DNA from: Diadema antillarum
Lineage: Eukaryota
NCBI RefSeq assembly: GCF_040938485.1
Contig: NW_027271258.1
Coordinates: 372,001-436,000 of the forward strand
Reading direction: 5' to 3'
Length of the DNA stretch: 64,000 bases
Shown: piece after piece, positions 62,136 through 64,000 of the stretch
Position numbering within the stretch: the stretch's first letter is position 1
Layout of the letters: every line of letters starts with the position of its first letter
Program-made: the position numbers and the translations under genes
The notes under the pieces: generated by a model
The model's input: only the letters and a program-made list of their open reading frames with translations
Databases searched by the model: none
Told to the model about the DNA's origin: nothing

Positions 62136-64000
62136 ACATCTTACTCTGACAGCATCAGCCCTCCAGAGATCATACGGGGAAGCTTGAAGTACTGCACGGG
62201 ATCCAGCCAATGATTTTCTGTTCTTCATGCACTTAATATATTCTTTTTCTTCCTCATCTATGTTTCTTATTTTAGTTTGTTTCATGGTAGAAGGGAAAAG
62301 AGATTGTTTGGTGTAACGCATAATATCAATTTTTCATTGCAATCGATGTCATTATCACTAGAATTATTATCACTATACAAGGATAAGGACAATGATCTGC
62401 TTCTCATTGTCACTGTCAATCAATGCAATCAAGTTTGAAATGTTACAGTTCGTTATAGCAATGATTCATTATTCCGAAGATTCGTCCGAAAATGAAAAAG
62501 GGCTTCGAAATACTTCGGAAATTTCATTTGTACGCACTTCCCTTTTATTTCGAATTGACGAACCTTATTTCATCTTTGATTAACGGACCTTCGGAATAAA
62601 TGTTCACAAATGTTCGCATTAAACGAATCCTACTTTACTTTCGGGTTAACGAACATCTACTTGTAGGGATTTTGTTTCGAGGTAATGGACCTCATTTCAT
62701 TTTCGGGTTAGCAAACTATTGGAATAATGAAAATCAACCAAAAAGAATACATTATAGACAAGTTTTTAAGGTAAACAATAGCGTTGATGTAACTATTATG
62801 AGTTACAATATAAAAGCAATTTGTGTAATATGCTGTTCAACAGTTTGTGTGTGTATTGGTGTGGGTGTGTATATGTGTGTACGTGTGTATTAGGCCTAGG
62901 GTGAATTTTGTACTGTAAGATTTAACACGTAATTATGTATTGTAACGCTGTTCAATATACTCTTTTGTAGATTCTTGTACATGGTCTTGTTTGTTTGTAT
63001 GTATGAATTTATATGAAATAATTATTTGTATTTGTGTCATTATGAAAACAATGATTGTTGAACGAAATTCGAGTAGAATTATTTCTAAAAAGTTTATGTT
63101 TATAAGTTTGTCAGAGGGACGCATTAAAAACTGAAAGTATGAATTTCTGGGTCATTCAGTACAAAAGAAAGGACAATAATTCAGGCAAAAAGAACCATTG
63201 GGAAAGAAATCATGATTACCAGAAATAGTAGTGATGTGGGAGTAGTATAGGGGAGNNNNNNNNNNNNNNNNNNNNNNNNNNNNNNNNNNNNNNNNNNNNN
63301 NNNNNNNNNNNNNNNNNNNNNNNNNNNNNNNNNNNNNNNNNNNNNNNNNNNNNNNNNNNNNNNNNNNNNNNNNNNNNNNNNNNNNNNNNNNNNNNNNNNN
63401 NNGGATAGTTGTTAAGGTTTTGTAAGCTGCAATAGTAGCTAGTTACAATGGTGGCATCAGGAATGCTATGACTATTAATTTTTTGAAGTATAGTACTGGC
63501 CATGACAGTAGAAATAGCACGAGCTGTGGTGGTGATGTTATTAGAACTGTGGCAGTAGAATTAGACGTTAAAGTATATAGGTAGAAGTGTTGGAAACCAC
63601 TGCAGCATTTGTCGCTTGAGCTCGCATGGTATAACAGATGTCGGGTCAGTGCAACCATGGCATTTGTCGTGATCATCACTGATCGGTTACTGATATCACA
63701 CACTTGTGACCTATTTCCGAAAAATGAAAACTTCACGCAGTATCACGATTTCCCAGAAGACAGGCGGAGGAGAGATAATTACATAGGCCATAGAAATGTC
63801 CCTTCATTATTTCCAAACAGGGCGTTTGATCCCTTTGTCAAGGCACCTCACTTGAACAAACTCATCGCGGTGTAGACATGGTTATTCAGGATTCAATTAG
63901 ACATCGTTTTCGTGAGAACCGGGCTGAGTGGGAGAGGGAGAGGGGATTGAGTAAAAGGAAAAAGAAAACCGAAGTTCAGTGTTCAGGCAACACTAATGCA

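Noticed and set aside
63491-63500. tagtactggc, matching the start of miR-2012 as I recall it
   Set aside because: It diverges after 10 nt, lies in degenerate (AGT)n sequence, and has no hairpin.
1-64000. CRISPR-like arrays, operons or other prokaryotic/viral systems
   Set aside because: No regularly spaced repeats with unique spacers and no dense ORF layout. The repeats are eukaryotic transposons and microsatellites.

Overview
This is AT-rich, microsatellite-rich animal DNA. The repeat families and homopolymer style look like a sea urchin (echinoid); that is inferred, not proven. The window is almost entirely non-coding: none of the listed ORFs is a convincing protein, and I found no tRNA, rRNA, CRISPR array or recognisable miRNA. 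The best gene signal is a short first coding exon on the minus strand at 16598-16670 (MSPQNSPSATIMSHSQDRAQIIDK+G). It ends in a consensus donor (AAG|GTAAGT). Upstream lies about 875 nt with only one minus-strand ATG, plus Inr, CCAAT and homeodomain motifs. The phase-1 'K-G|' junction fits the exon that precedes the paired domain in Pax6-type genes, but no paired-box exon lies in the window, so the identity is a hypothesis. The rest looks like a regulatory gene desert for a developmental transcription factor. It carries many non-autonomous DNA transposons: four TTAA-flanked Kolobok-like families (nested and back-to-back copies), several MITEs and foldbacks, and a Helentron/HINE-like element. 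There are also LINE 3' tails and one decayed, unclassified element. Nine N runs sit at simple-repeat edges and are probably masking. I cannot support a new biological system from this sequence. The leads most worth testing are the candidate Pax locus, a possible divergent transcript, and a transposon carrying Pax6/RFX-type sites.
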